From a virus (lineage: Duplodnaviria; Caudoviricetes), in the IMG/VR virus record IMGVR_UViG_2923682817_000001, positions 1-64,000 of that record: a stretch of 64,000 nucleotides of DNA; one strand, written 5' to 3'. Under the pieces are notes generated by a model. It was not told the DNA's origin and ran no database searches. It worked only from the letters and a program-made list of their open reading frames with translations. Numbering within the stretch: position 1 is the first letter of the stretch; every line of letters begins with the position of its first letter. The translations under genes were made by a program, and so were the position numbers. This document shows, piece by piece, positions 8,842-19,119 of this stretch.

Positions 8842-10443
8842 TCAGCTCACTCCGACGAGCGGCATGAATGGCGAGGGGACACCGATTGCCGTCGGGTCGA
8901 AAGACGCCGGAAGCGCCGCCTGCCCAGATTGATAAAACCCGCGACGGTGCGCCGGACCCGTTGCGGGAATCGCGAACCACACCCCGTTGGCGTCGTTCGC
9001 CGCCGCGGGATACGGAATGGTCAGCCCCGTCATCCCGCCGGCGAGGGCGATGATGTAGACGAAGCGCCCGCCGGCCTCGGCCGCGATCGGAGCCGGCAAC
9101 GCCCCACCACGCCACCCTGCCGCGGTCCACAGGGTGGGGTCGTTCGGCAGCGAGGAGACGAGCGCGCCTGCGTCGGTGTAGAGCCCGAGCACGTTGGGGG
9201 TCGCGCTGGTGGCGTAGGTGCCTCCGTTGCGTACGGCCGCCCACAACTTGGTGATCACGACTCCGGCCGGAATCCACACCCGGGCACCCATCAACGTGTT
9301 GTTGAGCACGCCGCTGTTGCCCATGTACTCCATCGGGTCGGCCGAGGCCGCGAGCAGACCGTAGCCGCTCAGCGGAAAAACAGGCCCCCCGCCTGAGCCG
9401 CCCGGGTGGCTATGGCCGATCGGTGCGTAGGCGGCGTTTCCTTCGGTGAGTGTCAGGTACTGCGGGTGAGGGTCGCCGGCCGACTCATGGGCGGAGATGC
9501 TCGCCGGATCTCCGGGGTCGCCCTTCGGCCCCTGCGCGCCAGGAGCGCCGTCCGCGCCGGCCGGTCCCCTCTCTCCGGTGTCGCCCTTGGGTCCGGCGGG
9601 GCCTGTCTCACCAACCGGACCGGTACTGCCGGGAGACCCAGGGATGCCCGGAGGACCAGTCTCCCCCGCCGGCCCCGCCGGCCCGGTAGCGCCATCTGCG
9701 CCCGGGGCTCCCGGAGCACCTGTCGGCCCGGATGCTCCCTGAACGCCCTGCGGACCAGTCGGCCCAACGGGACCTGTGTCACCCTTCGGACCCTGCGGGC
9801 CGGTAGCACCGACCGGACCAGCCGGGCCGGTGTCACCCTTCGGGCCGGCGGGACCGGGCGGCCCCGCGGTACCTGACCCGGGCGGCAGGGGCTCCCACGG
9901 GGTGCCCTGAATCGGCGCGGTCGCCAGATCCCCCGTCCACCAAGCGGCGAACTGCGGGTCGTTGGCGATGTCTTCCTTCTTCAGCTGGATAGCGTCGACA
10001 CCGACCACGACGTCCCGGGTCTTGAGCTGGCCCAGGACCGCGACCTTCGTGACACGGAAAAGCCGCCCGTCATAGGCCAGCCTGTCGTTGAGGTAGGAGC
10101 CATGCTTGACATCCAGCTCAGTCAGGCCGGTTTTCGTCAGGTGCGAAAACGACGCGGTCAGGTGCAGGGTGTCAGTCCAACTCAGACCCGCGGGCGCCTG
10201 CTCGGCTGGGCCTTCCTCGCGCACCACACTGAGCACCGGTACGGCGACTGGCGCGAAGTAGATCCGGCCGGCGTCGTCGGCCTCGCCGTAGACGTCGTGA
10301 GTCTCCGAGTCGGCCCGGTCATACCGGAAGTACGTGATCTCCTGGCCGTAGACGGTCTGATAGCCCTCCAGCGCCCCGTCGATCTCGTCCGACTCGTAGA
10401 CGGGATCGAAGCGCCCCTTCTTACGGTCCAGGCGGGCCATCAT
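8842..10443 (-). CDS. Neck/head-closure domain fused to a collagen-like repeat and a C-terminal globular domain
   Basis: Start moved to ATG 10443, coupled to the upstream stop; about 40 uninterrupted G-X-Y triplets at about 9510-9875. Confidence 0.7.
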   Translation of the reverse strand: MMARLDRKKGRFDPVYESDEIDGALEGYQTVYGQEITYFRYDRADSETHDVYGEADDAGRIYFAPVAVPVLSVVREEGPAEQAPAGLSWTDTLHLTASFSHLTKTGLTELDVKHGSYLNDRLAYDGRLFRVTKVAVLGQLKTRDVVVGVDAIQLKKEDIANDPQFAAWWTGDLATAPIQGTPWEPLPPGSGTAGPPGPAGPKGDTGPAGPVGATGPQGPKGDTGPVGPTGPQGVQGASGPTGAPGAPGADGATGPAGPAGETGPPGIPGSPGSTGPVGETGPAGPKGDTGERGPAGADGAPGAQGPKGDPGDPASISAHESAGDPHPQYLTLTEGNAAYAPIGHSHPGGSGGGPVFPLSGYGLLAASADPMEYMGNSGVLNNTLMGARVWIPAGVVITKLWAAVRNGGTYATSATPNVLGLYTDAGALVSSLPNDPTLWTAAGWRGGALPAPIAAEAGGRFVYIIALAGGMTGLTIPYPAAANDANGVWFAIPATGPAHRRGFYQSGQAALPASFDPTAIGVPSPFMPLVGVS

Positions 10444-11246
10444 CAGTACGGCCCCCAGATCGGCGAGGGCAGGCCGGAGGTGTCCTCGTTCGGAGCATCG
10501 ATGGGCGGCAGCAACCGCTTGGGGTAGGACTCCGGCCCGGACTCGTCGTACTCGCGCTCTCTGAAGACGGGGACCAGGCGGCCGGTGGTACGGCTGACGC
10601 GCCGCAGCGTGGTTACCTGGATACGGGCCATGCCGATGTTGAGCTGCTGACACAAGGTGGCGTAGCGCTCGCGCAGCAGACCGATGTGGGAAACGATCTG
10701 GCTGTAGCGCTGGGACCGCGCCAGGTGCGTTCCCTCGGCCGTCCACACGTCGGTGTCGGAGGCGGCGTCGGTCGCCATGTCCCACAGGGCCTCGATGGTG
10801 GCCAGGACGACCAGCGGCTCTTCCTCCACGATCGGGAGGTTGGCCAGGGTGATCGGCTCGCGCTTGTACCTGATGTGGCCGTTGGTGTCGCGGTAGCGCT
10901 CTGAGGTCTCGGCATCGTGGGTGTGCTGGACGACGGCCGTGGTGATGTAGGCGTCCATCTCGGCGTCGGTGAACAGGCTGTATGCCAGGCCGGAAATCAG
11001 GATGCTCGCGTCCGCGGGGATGGGCGCGGGGAAGGTGATCGTGCCTTCGAGCGGATCCAGCACATAGTCAGCCGGCGTCAGCTCGGTCACCGTGGATCCG
11101 CTCACCAGGTCCACCAGAAGCTGCGTGACGCGGCGCCGGCCGATCTCGTAGGTCGCTTTGCCTCCGGGCAGGGTCACACGGAAGCGCTCCCCCAGGTCAC
11201 CCAGCGCCGATCGGACCTTCTTACGCACATCGCCAATCACAGCCAT
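10443..11246 (-). CDS. Head-tail adaptor-like virion protein
   Basis: Position between head and neck genes; start [12 protein letters not shown]. Confidence 0.55.
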   Translation of the reverse strand: MAVIGDVRKKVRSALGDLGERFRVTLPGGKATYEIGRRRVTQLLVDLVSGSTVTELTPADYVLDPLEGTITFPAPIPADASILISGLAYSLFTDAEMDAYITTAVVQHTHDAETSERYRDTNGHIRYKREPITLANLPIVEEEPLVVLATIEALWDMATDAASDTDVWTAEGTHLARSQRYSQIVSHIGLLRERYATLCQQLNIGMARIQVTTLRRVSRTTGRLVPVFREREYDESGPESYPKRLLPPIDAPNEDTSGLPSPIWGPY

Positions 11247-11313
11247 AACAAAAGTGTCCGTTTTCTCACGGTAAATCTGGTATTTCGAGTTCCTGGGCAG
11301 TACCATCCGCGCC

Positions 11314-11664
11314 ATGGGCCACAACGGATTTGGGCAGTACGGGGGCTACAGCGACCCCTACAACCAGCGCGACAACAGCTTCCACTCCGTCGTGGAATCA
11401 GCTTTGAACGCCGACGTCCAGGCCCGTGCGCTGGAAATCGCCCTGGACCCGCAGTGGCAATATGTGCGCCACCCCGAAACCGGCGAAATCCTCTACGACC
11501 TCAACGGAAACCCCGTGGTCGAGCGGATCCCCATGGAGCAGCGGCTGGCGCCGGCCGTCGAACGCAGCAACATGATCATGGGGATGCTGTTTCGCATCAT
11601 CCCCGGGATCGGAATCCTGGCGCTCATCATCTACGGCATCATCGCGACGATCGCCAAGGGGTAA
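11314..11664 (+). CDS. Small membrane protein inserted opposite to the morphogenesis operon (moron-like)
   Basis: Good high-GC codon usage; C-terminal hydrophobic helix IIPGIGILALIIYGIIATIA; followed by a hairpin. Confidence 0.7.
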   Translation: MGHNGFGQYGGYSDPYNQRDNSFHSVVESALNADVQARALEIALDPQWQYVRHPETGEILYDLNGNPVVERIPMEQRLAPAVERSNMIMGMLFRIIPGIGILALIIYGIIATIAKG

Positions 11665-11690
11665 CTCCCAGCGCTGGGAGTTGGCACTGC

Positions 11691-11741
11691 GAAGGCCCCC
11701 GCACGAGATCGCCTACACAGGGCGGTGGTGCGGGGGCCTTC
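11691..11741. terminator. Hairpin between convergent genes
   Basis: GAAGGCCCCCGCAC...GTGCGGGGGCCTTC inverted repeat. Confidence 0.7.
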
Positions 11742-11771
11742 TCCCATCCCCTGGTAGCAAGCAGGGGAGCC

Positions 11772-12191
11772 TCAGGACTGCGAGGCGGTCAGCTTGTTCT
11801 GGGCGATCTGCAGCGCCTGCCCGTTGACCGCCTGCTGGGTCGTGTCCAACTGCCAGGTGTAGAGAACCTCGCCGGTGTTGCCGACCTGAGCGGTGACGAG
11901 CGCGCAGTGAGTCACCGGCGCCGCCATGTCAGCCGTCACCGGGCCGAACGTAACCACCGTCGCGTTACCCGAGGTGCTCGGCCGCGAGGCCGTGGCCGGC
12001 GTCCAGGTGATCGGCTGGCGGCCGTAGCCGGGGGTGGCCACCTCAGGCAGCGAGGACAGGCCGACGTTGTCCGGGACAGACGACGTCAGCAGCGCGAGAT
12101 ACACGGCCTGGGGGGCGGTCCACTTGAGCGCTCGACCGGTGACGTAGTCGAGCTGGGCCTGCGCACCAGTAGCCGTCGGATTGCCAGCCAT
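11772..12191 (-). CDS. Virion structural protein
   Basis: VYLALLT...EV...YGRQPITW...VTFGP pattern common in phage structural proteins. Confidence 0.6.
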   Translation of the reverse strand: MAGNPTATGAQAQLDYVTGRALKWTAPQAVYLALLTSSVPDNVGLSSLPEVATPGYGRQPITWTPATASRPSTSGNATVVTFGPVTADMAAPVTHCALVTAQVGNTGEVLYTWQLDTTQQAVNGQALQIAQNKLTASQS

Positions 12192-12424
12192 CAGGCCTCC
12201 ACAAACAGTTGCTCGAACGCACTCACCACGAGCGCGATGGTCTGAACCGCGCCGCCAGAGTTGAAGTAGTTGGCCAGGACGGTGTCCTCCTCGGCCCACC
12301 CGATGCCGGGGGTGCCGGGCGGGTAGATGCCGGTGGCCTTCACGATCGCGCCGGCGGGCAGAGAGCCAGGGCCGACGCCGAAATCCTCAGTGAGCCGGTA
12401 ATCGGCCCCGATCACGATTTCCAT
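12191..12424 (-). CDS. Hypothetical protein (head operon)
   Basis: Translationally coupled on both sides; MEIVIGADY. Confidence 0.55.
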   Translation of the reverse strand: MEIVIGADYRLTEDFGVGPGSLPAGAIVKATGIYPPGTPGIGWAEEDTVLANYFNSGGAVQTIALVVSAFEQLFVEA

Positions 12425-12753
12425 CAGTGGTACACGAACCCGATCTCTTCGAGCCGGTTCCACACGTTGATCGGCACGGTGTAGGTCTGGCCGCGGAGGA
12501 ACGTGTAGTCCGTGCCCTGCCCGATGGTGATGTTCTCCAGGTCGGTGTTGACCCGCAGCCGCTTCGTGGCCGCCGAAACCTCGACGGTGTCCGACAGCTC
12601 CAGCTCGTCGTCGCCGTAGTCGACGACCGTGGGCGGGGTCATGGTGGAGATGCGGCTGGCGTTGGCGGCGATCTCTTCGGCGTGCAGCTCGGCCAGCTCG
12701 ACAGCAGCGCGGCCGGTGGCGTCGCGGGGGGACTTGCGGGAAGAAGCACTCAT
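12424..12753 (-). CDS. Hypothetical capsid-associated protein
   Basis: ORF directly after the capsid gene with a GGAG ribosome site. Confidence 0.6.
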   Translation of the reverse strand: MSASSRKSPRDATGRAAVELAELHAEEIAANASRISTMTPPTVVDYGDDELELSDTVEVSAATKRLRVNTDLENITIGQGTDYTFLRGQTYTVPINVWNRLEEIGFVYH

Positions 12754-12857
12754 GCTCTGGGCTCCAGATTTAAATAAGAATGGGGTTCCGGGTGCCGGAG
12801 AATGGCTTTACTAGCTCTTTTCTCCGGCACCCTGATACGCCTTATGGGGCGTAGGAA

Positions 12858-13922
12858 TTAGTTCGTCTCTAGGGTCACGATTGCATTGTCGGTGATTACC
12901 CCGAGTCCCCACACGCTATACCAAGCGATCGAGTGTTCCCTTCCATGATCAAGAACGCCCCCATCCCTCAGTTCGACGGGCAGAGAAATGGCGTGACCGA
13001 ACGCGTTGTCTCCGATCATCTGCGCCTGGTAAACGCTCTTACCGGTTGCGACATCGGCCGCGGTGTCGGCCGTGTTCCAGTTCACCGGACCTTCTCCGGT
13101 CTTGAAAAGCTGGCGAACCTGAGTGGTCTCGATGAAAACCACGTCGTCGATTCGGCCAATTTCACCGAGAGCGAAGTTGCCGGGGCTCGCGTATTTCGTC
13201 ATCTCGATCCAGGAAGGGTCGTCGCGAAGCTTCCTGGACTGGCTCGGAGAAACGAAACAGACGTAGGTCTCCCCAAGTCGGGGGATGTTCTTCTGCGCGA
13301 GTGTCTGGACGCCATCCTTCACCAGGGCAGTGGTGAAGTAGTGGTCGGTCAGAGTGGACCGTCCGGCGGCCGGAGAGCCCAGGTCATAGGGGCTGAGGGA
13401 GGTGATGGCACCGGCAGGCTGCTTGAGCTTGTCGTAGCCATAGAGCACGCTACTGCCCTTTAGCAATGTGTTTCTCGCTGAGCGATCCAAGTAGAGGGCC
13501 ATGTTACGCCCGAGGAGCCTGGAAGCCGACGAGAGAATATCGTCATAGGAGGCGTTCAGAAGCATCTCGGAAACGGCGACAGCCATGCCATGTTCCGCAA
13601 CCGTGATTGAGAACTGGCTCGCAGAGAGAGCGTAGGTCTCCATGCGGACACCTTCCACGAGTTGCTTCGCATCGGGGAGGTTGTTATAGCGCATGAAATT
13701 GATGGTCAGGCCCGGCTGGACGCCCAGTTCCGTGCGCTTTACCGCGAATTGTTCATACCGGAGTATCGGCATGGCGCTGAACAAAATTTCTTTCGACCAG
13801 ATGGTGGCAATGGCCGCGCCGAGGCCAGAGCCGGCGCCATACATGGAGCCCGGAACATTGGTCGCGAGGTTCGGCGTACCGGTGATCGCGGAGGTGGTGG
13901 GAAAACCGCCGTTGAATGCCAT
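12858..13922 (-). CDS. Major capsid protein (N4-gp56-like)
   Basis: IWSKEIL, PG.TINF.RY, GEIGRIDDVVFIET, D.GR...IAWY motifs; 354 aa after the scaffold gene. Confidence 0.9.
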   Translation of the reverse strand: MAFNGGFPTTSAITGTPNLATNVPGSMYGAGSGLGAAIATIWSKEILFSAMPILRYEQFAVKRTELGVQPGLTINFMRYNNLPDAKQLVEGVRMETYALSASQFSITVAEHGMAVAVSEMLLNASYDDILSSASRLLGRNMALYLDRSARNTLLKGSSVLYGYDKLKQPAGAITSLSPYDLGSPAAGRSTLTDHYFTTALVKDGVQTLAQKNIPRLGETYVCFVSPSQSRKLRDDPSWIEMTKYASPGNFALGEIGRIDDVVFIETTQVRQLFKTGEGPVNWNTADTAADVATGKSVYQAQMIGDNAFGHAISLPVELRDGGVLDHGREHSIAWYSVWGLGVITDNAIVTLETN

Positions 13923-13940
13923 AGGAGTTTACTCAGTCCT

Positions 13941-14768
13941 TTACCCGAAGAGTCCCTGGTTGCTATTCGGCTGCGCCGCCTGACCGATCAGCTGGTGTCG
14001 GATCTTGGCGTAATCAGCCATTGACATCTGCCTGAGCTCTTCTGGGGTGATCATTTTCTGTACCGAGTCGATGTCCATAGGCCCTGTCGCGGCGTACCCG
14101 GCAGGGGACACACCGCGGGGAGGTGCAGGCGGGGCCACCGAGCCGGCGGCGGCCTGCATGTTCGTGATGATCGAAGAGGTCTTCTCGCGCAGCACCGCAA
14201 TGCGGCGCTCGACCTCGTCCGGGGTGGAGCCGTCGACCAGGTCCAGAAGCTCGGGGGCGATCGTCTCGCCCTGCTGCTCCTCACGGACCCGTCGCTGTAC
14301 GTAGGCCTGGAGGGCGGAGAACTCTCGCTCCTTCTCCAGGGCGGCCTTCTCGGCCTGCCGCTCGGCTTCCAGAGCGGCGAACTTGGAGTTCCACTCCGCA
14401 CGCTCTGTCTGGAGGAGCTGCCGTACGGACATCTCCTCCTCAGCCGCCTTACGGGCGGCCTCGGCCTCTGCAGCCTGACGCGCCTGCTCAGCGCGCTGGA
14501 TTTCTGCCTCACGCTCGGCGAAGGTGTCCACCTTGCCGCGGAGCTCGTTCAGCAGCTCTTCCTGCTTGGTGAGCTTGCCGTAGAGCTTCCCCTTCTCCTC
14601 CGCACGGATCTGCTCGACCTGGGCGGCGGTGAAGTACTGCTCACCGGGCACCGGAGCGGCCGGGGCGGCCGGCGTGGGAGTGTGTTCCTCGGATCCACCG
14701 GCGATGAGATAGATCGGGCCGCGCTTGCCGTGGCCGATGATCTCACCGGGCTTGATAGTACGGGTCAC
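13941..14768 (-). CDS. Capsid scaffolding protein
   Basis: E/A/Q-rich coiled coil between portal and capsid genes. Confidence 0.8.
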   Translation of the reverse strand: MTRTIKPGEIIGHGKRGPIYLIAGGSEEHTPTPAAPAAPVPGEQYFTAAQVEQIRAEEKGKLYGKLTKQEELLNELRGKVDTFAEREAEIQRAEQARQAAEAEAARKAAEEEMSVRQLLQTERAEWNSKFAALEAERQAEKAALEKEREFSALQAYVQRRVREEQQGETIAPELLDLVDGSTPDEVERRIAVLREKTSSIITNMQAAAGSVAPPAPPRGVSPAGYAATGPMDIDSVQKMITPEELRQMSMADYAKIRHQLIGQAAQPNSNQGLFG

Positions 14769-14782
14769 TAACTCGTCTCCTG

Positions 14783-16512
14783 CTAATTATCTGCGTCCGG
14801 ATTTCGGCGCTGCGGCAATTTCGTGCCGTAGGCCTGTGTCACCAATTCGGTAATGAGTTGGTTTTCCTGTGCTCCGACCAGTCCCGTGAGCTGAGTGCCC
14901 ATCGGTCCTGGATTCGGCGCCGGACCCGCAGGATTCGAGTTAGTGCTGCCAGTTGCGGGGGTTGAGTTGTCAAGGGGAGTTCCGTCAGGATTCATCCCCG
15001 TCACTTCGACGATAGCAGCGCCGATCTGAGCATTGATAATGTCGAGTGCGCCTTGTTCCTTGGCGTCCAGGACCATCTCAGCAAATATCTCGGCTGCCTT
15101 TTCGTCTGGGAACTCACATCCCAAGTCCTTGAGCGCGCCACGCTTGGACTCCAAACCGAGCGCCATCTTCGCCTGAATCTCGTTCAGCTTGATGAGCTTG
15201 TCGGTCGGCATAGCGTCCGGCCAATCGCACTCGGTGCGATAAACCAGCGGGTCAGCGGGGTCAATGATGACCGGCTGACCGTCCTGAATGATGCCGTCGG
15301 TGTCGGGATCGTAGAGCATTGTCTCGGGCTCGAAGATGAACAACGTACGCAGGGCGAGCTCGTTTATTTTCTTCAGGCCCCGCGTGAAATTGACCAGCTT
15401 CGCGTCGCGATTGTTGGTGGCCGGTAGCCACTGGATGGACAAAGCGACGCCCGACGTATTGGAAATCGGCTGGACCTGGCCCAGCGACGTTTCCGGGACT
15501 CCCGACATCTCGTGCATGGACGTCTTGAGGAGCTGCATGAACTGCAGCGGCCCCGACAGGTCCACGCCGTTTTCAAGGTTGAAGACGGACGCGTCCTTCG
15601 GGAGGCCGCCCCATACCTTGCGTGGCCCCTTTTCGAGATTGCTCGCTTTGGCACCGAGCAAGATCGTTACGGGGGCCGCGTGGTACGAGATGATGTCTGC
15701 GATCTCCGTTGCCGTCTCGTTGTACTGCCTGTTCAGGGCGATGAGGTCCTGACAGTCAGACAGCCCCCACGGGGATCCGGAGACCGAGATGTTCGGCGTG
15801 TGGACGATCGGGATTACGCCAAGAGGATTCGGCCGGCGGTCGATCAGATCGTCATTTACATACTCTTCGATCCAGTCATCCGTCACGATTTCCGTGTACT
15901 GGAATACCTGCCTGGTCCCCTCTAGGGAAGTCGACCAGAAGCGGTATTTGATCTTGACCCTCAGTAAACGTTCCCGATCATGTGGGTGCCATTCTGGGAA
16001 CACGAATGCCGAGTTCAACGGAAGGATCCGAACGCGGCCAGGGTGGAGATTACCGGCCGGATCGGTGTACGCCGGATCGTAGGCGACCTTCACAAATGAG
16101 TCGCCGGACACGCCGCCCTGCTGCGCCATTTCGCGCAGCACCTGGGGCTTGTCGTTGTCCGTCTCCCAGATGCGATTAAGTAGCGCCGGCACGATGTGCG
16201 AGTACTGCTTCGCCGACTGGAAGGTCACCCCGCGGGAGAACGCGAAGTTGATCTGGAAGTCGGTCAGCCGCCGGACGTAGTTGAACGTCATGAGCGGCTC
16301 GCCAGGCTCACGCCTGTATGCGTGGTGATGGCCAAGGTAGAAAGCCCAGTTCATCGCGTAGCGATTCAGCCGAGGGCTCAACCATGAACTTCAAATTCGT
16401 CGAGTTACGGATGTAACTCGTCCGCCAACTCCACAAGACCGAGGGGCGAGATACTGATAGCGAGATCAGAACCGGCCGCGCGGGTGGAGGGCGGATAGAA
16501 AGCGATGCTCAT
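14783..16512 (-). CDS. Portal protein; 5' end interrupted by two short inserts
   Basis: Portal-like body (FNYVR, GDSFVKV, NPLGVIPIVH, WGLSD, SGVAL) in ORF 14783-16381. AGGAGG plus ATG 16512 opens MSIAFYPPS...GLVELADE, which hits TAA at 16407 and TGA at 16380. Confidence 0.85.
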
Positions 16513-16633
16513 CCTGGCATCACCTCCTTAAGACCGCGTCAACGCGGACGCACCCGACATTTCGCTTTTCAGCGTATGGCGGGTGCGTCCGAGAATTGTA
16601 ATGTGGAGTTATGAGGGGCGGCCCTGGAAAGGG

Positions 16634-17050
16634 CTACTGGTTAATGTTGGCGGGATTCTGGCGCAGGTAATGGCCGCCGGAGCGGGTCACCTGCTCGAAC
16701 TCGATTACGCCGTGGTCGCCGTAGGAGCCGTGGGAGAACTCGCTGAGGAAGGTGGGGGCCTCCACCCAGCTGGCAGAACCGGCGTGGGCGCGCTCGGCCA
16801 GGGTCTCGTGCGGCCACTTGGTGTCGACCTTGGCGTTCTGGTTGGGGCGGCCGGGATTCGTGCGGTAGCCCTGCATGATGCCCTCGGTGAAGCCGTCGGG
16901 CACGTCGCTGTCAGTCCCCAAGCCCTCCTCGAACCTCAGGGGGCCGCGGCGGACATCGTTCTGTCCGTACTTGGCCTCCCAGCGCGGAGTCATGCGCTCG
17001 GGGAAGTGGGGGGCCGGGGCGAAGGGGGAAGTCTGGGTGGGGTCAGCCAT
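16634..17050 (-). CDS. Hypothetical protein between terminase and portal
   Basis: Start MADPTQTSPF at ATG 17050; RRGPLRFEEGLGTD motif; good codon usage. Confidence 0.7.
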   Translation of the reverse strand: MADPTQTSPFAPAPHFPERMTPRWEAKYGQNDVRRGPLRFEEGLGTDSDVPDGFTEGIMQGYRTNPGRPNQNAKVDTKWPHETLAERAHAGSASWVEAPTFLSEFSHGSYGDHGVIEFEQVTRSGGHYLRQNPANINQ

Positions 17051-17115
17051 TTTGAAAGCTTTCTCTAAAGGGATCCACTTACCAGAGTAGAAACCGGGCG
17101 GGATCGGGTTGTAAT

Positions 17116-18717
17116 TCAGCGCCGGCCGTGGAAGGGAGACGAGCTCTGCTCGGCCTCGGGCATCTGGTGGTCGATCGTGAGAATGCAGGCCATCGCGAGA
17201 CTGTCGCAGTAGTCGTCGTGGGCGCCGGCCTCGTTGGGGGCCTCGGCCAGCATGTAGGGGCCGGTGTAGACCAGCTGCAGGTCGCTCATCTCCTGAATGA
17301 ACCGGCGGTAGGTGCGTAGCTTCTTGGTCTTGGCATGCGCCGGCCAGGACACCTTGCCGCGCTCCATGAGGGCCTGGAGGTGCTTCCAACGCGTGGACTG
17401 GTCGGGCCGCTGGCTACCGAGCTCTACGACCTCTACGTGCGGCATAAGGATCTTCAGTCGCTCGGCCACCGCGTCACCGACGCCGCCACTGTCCACGCCG
17501 ACGCTCAGCACGTGATAGGCGGACAAAAATTCTACGATGCGGTGGTATTGGGCTTCCCATGTAGTGGTTCCACCGAGGTCAAGCCAGTTGAGGACGCGGT
17601 GCTCGAAGAAGCCGAATTCGTCAGGGTTGTCCCAGTCGACCCAGACCACGGTCACGATGGTCGAGTCTTGCTTGCGCGCAGGGTCGATGCCGACCACGAC
17701 TGGTGACTTGTACCAGGCCTTGACGGTCTGCATGGATCGGTCCCCGAGCTCGTCCAGCCGCTCGGAGGTCGTGAACATGCCCGCCTCCAGCAGCCAAACC
17801 AGGCGGTAGCTCAGTTTGAACTCGTCGGAGTCCACGCCCATCTTGAGCTTCTGCTTCTCGCAGTGGATGTGGTACTTGGGGTTCTCTTTGGCCGCGGCCC
17901 GGTAATCGGCCTCGAAGTGGTCTTGGCGGGCGCCGCGCTTGGTCTGGTCTCGCTTGTTCTGCTGGATCGTGCGGTAGAAGACGTTCTTGGTATAGGTGGG
18001 GGTACCGGTATAGATGTGAGTAGCGTTGGTGCTCGCACCCATCGGCGTGATCGACTTGTCCACCATGCGGTCGTCGGCGCCCTGGCACTCGTCGATCAAG
18101 ATCAAATGGTAGGTTCTGCCCTCGATCGTCGCCCGCGGGTGGCAGGTTTGCCTGCGCACCAGGGAGCCACTGTTCAAGGTCAGCGTGCGGCCCTTGGCCT
18201 TGACCCCGTCCATGATGTCCGGGTCGTTCATGAGCTCGATCGCACGCTCAGACGTCAGCCGCGAGACGATGCGTCCGAAAAGGGTGTCCGCTTGTTCGTC
18301 GACCGGGGCGAACGCCCCCACCCAGACGCCCTCGGCGAAGCCGCCGAGCAGGTTGGGGTAGACCCGTGCCAGCACCGGAAACATGATCATGATTGCGGCA
18401 ATGGTGTTGGCGACCGTTTCCGACTTGCCGGACTGCCGGCTGAATAGTGCGGTCAGGGTCGCGCCATCATTAATGATGACAGACTCTATGATTCGGGCTG
18501 AAAACGGGCGTTGGTATCGATACAGGGGGTGGCCGCTCAGCTCGTCGACCACGACCAGCATCTTGTCGACGATCTCGTCCACCGTGGCCTGTGTGAACTC
18601 GTCCAGGACGACCTCGGTAGCCGCTCGCGCCGCGCGCTCTTCCTCGGTTTCCTCGTCGAAAAGGTCTTCTAGCTCATCATTTGTGAGCTCTGCGTATTCG
18701 GTCGCCTGAATCGTCAT
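17116..18717 (-). CDS. terL: Terminase large subunit
   Basis: Walker A SRQSGKS, Walker B LILIDE, nuclease motifs VGIDPA and HDDYCDS. Confidence 0.93.
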   Translation of the reverse strand: MTIQATEYAELTNDELEDLFDEETEEERAARAATEVVLDEFTQATVDEIVDKMLVVVDELSGHPLYRYQRPFSARIIESVIINDGATLTALFSRQSGKSETVANTIAAIMIMFPVLARVYPNLLGGFAEGVWVGAFAPVDEQADTLFGRIVSRLTSERAIELMNDPDIMDGVKAKGRTLTLNSGSLVRRQTCHPRATIEGRTYHLILIDECQGADDRMVDKSITPMGASTNATHIYTGTPTYTKNVFYRTIQQNKRDQTKRGARQDHFEADYRAAAKENPKYHIHCEKQKLKMGVDSDEFKLSYRLVWLLEAGMFTTSERLDELGDRSMQTVKAWYKSPVVVGIDPARKQDSTIVTVVWVDWDNPDEFGFFEHRVLNWLDLGGTTTWEAQYHRIVEFLSAYHVLSVGVDSGGVGDAVAERLKILMPHVEVVELGSQRPDQSTRWKHLQALMERGKVSWPAHAKTKKLRTYRRFIQEMSDLQLVYTGPYMLAEAPNEAGAHDDYCDSLAMACILTIDHQMPEAEQSSSPFHGRR

Positions 18718-18804
18718 ATAAACCCTCGTTTGTCCTATATTCGAGGGTAAGAAAAAAGGCCTACCGCGTTGTAATGCGGTAGGCCTACGACCAGGTCAGA
18801 CGGT

Positions 18805-19119
18805 CTATATCTTGGTCCGCAACGCCCTCGCGCGGCCGGTCTTGATGCGGTCGTGGACGTCGGGCCGCGGGAGTTCCGCGGCAGCTGCGATGGTCGCCGG
18901 CGCCATGTTGTGCGCGTCGGCCATGTACGTGAACAGGTCCGTGTTCTCGGTGTCGGTGTCCCACACCCACTCCCTTGCAAAAGCACACCAGATGTCGGAA
19001 CAGAACGCCCTGATGTCCTTGTACGCATACCCCATGAACGCCCGGCAGGCGCGGCACTGGACGATCATCAGCTCGCCGTCCTCCGGCTGCTGCGCCTTGC
19101 GAACGGAGATCTTAGGCAC
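18805..19119 (-). CDS. Cys-cluster protein with a C-terminal HTH-like segment
   Basis: CRAC...FCSDIWC; APATIAAAAELPRPDVHDRI. Confidence 0.55.
   Translation of the reverse strand: MPKISVRKAQQPEDGELMIVQCRACRAFMGYAYKDIRAFCSDIWCAFAREWVWDTDTENTDLFTYMADAHNMAPATIAAAAELPRPDVHDRIKTGRARALRTKI

Noticed and set aside
16376-16416. Simple sequencing error in the portal gene
   Set aside because: An 18-nt insert forming a perfect 8-bp stem is not a typical homopolymer error; not fully excluded without reads.
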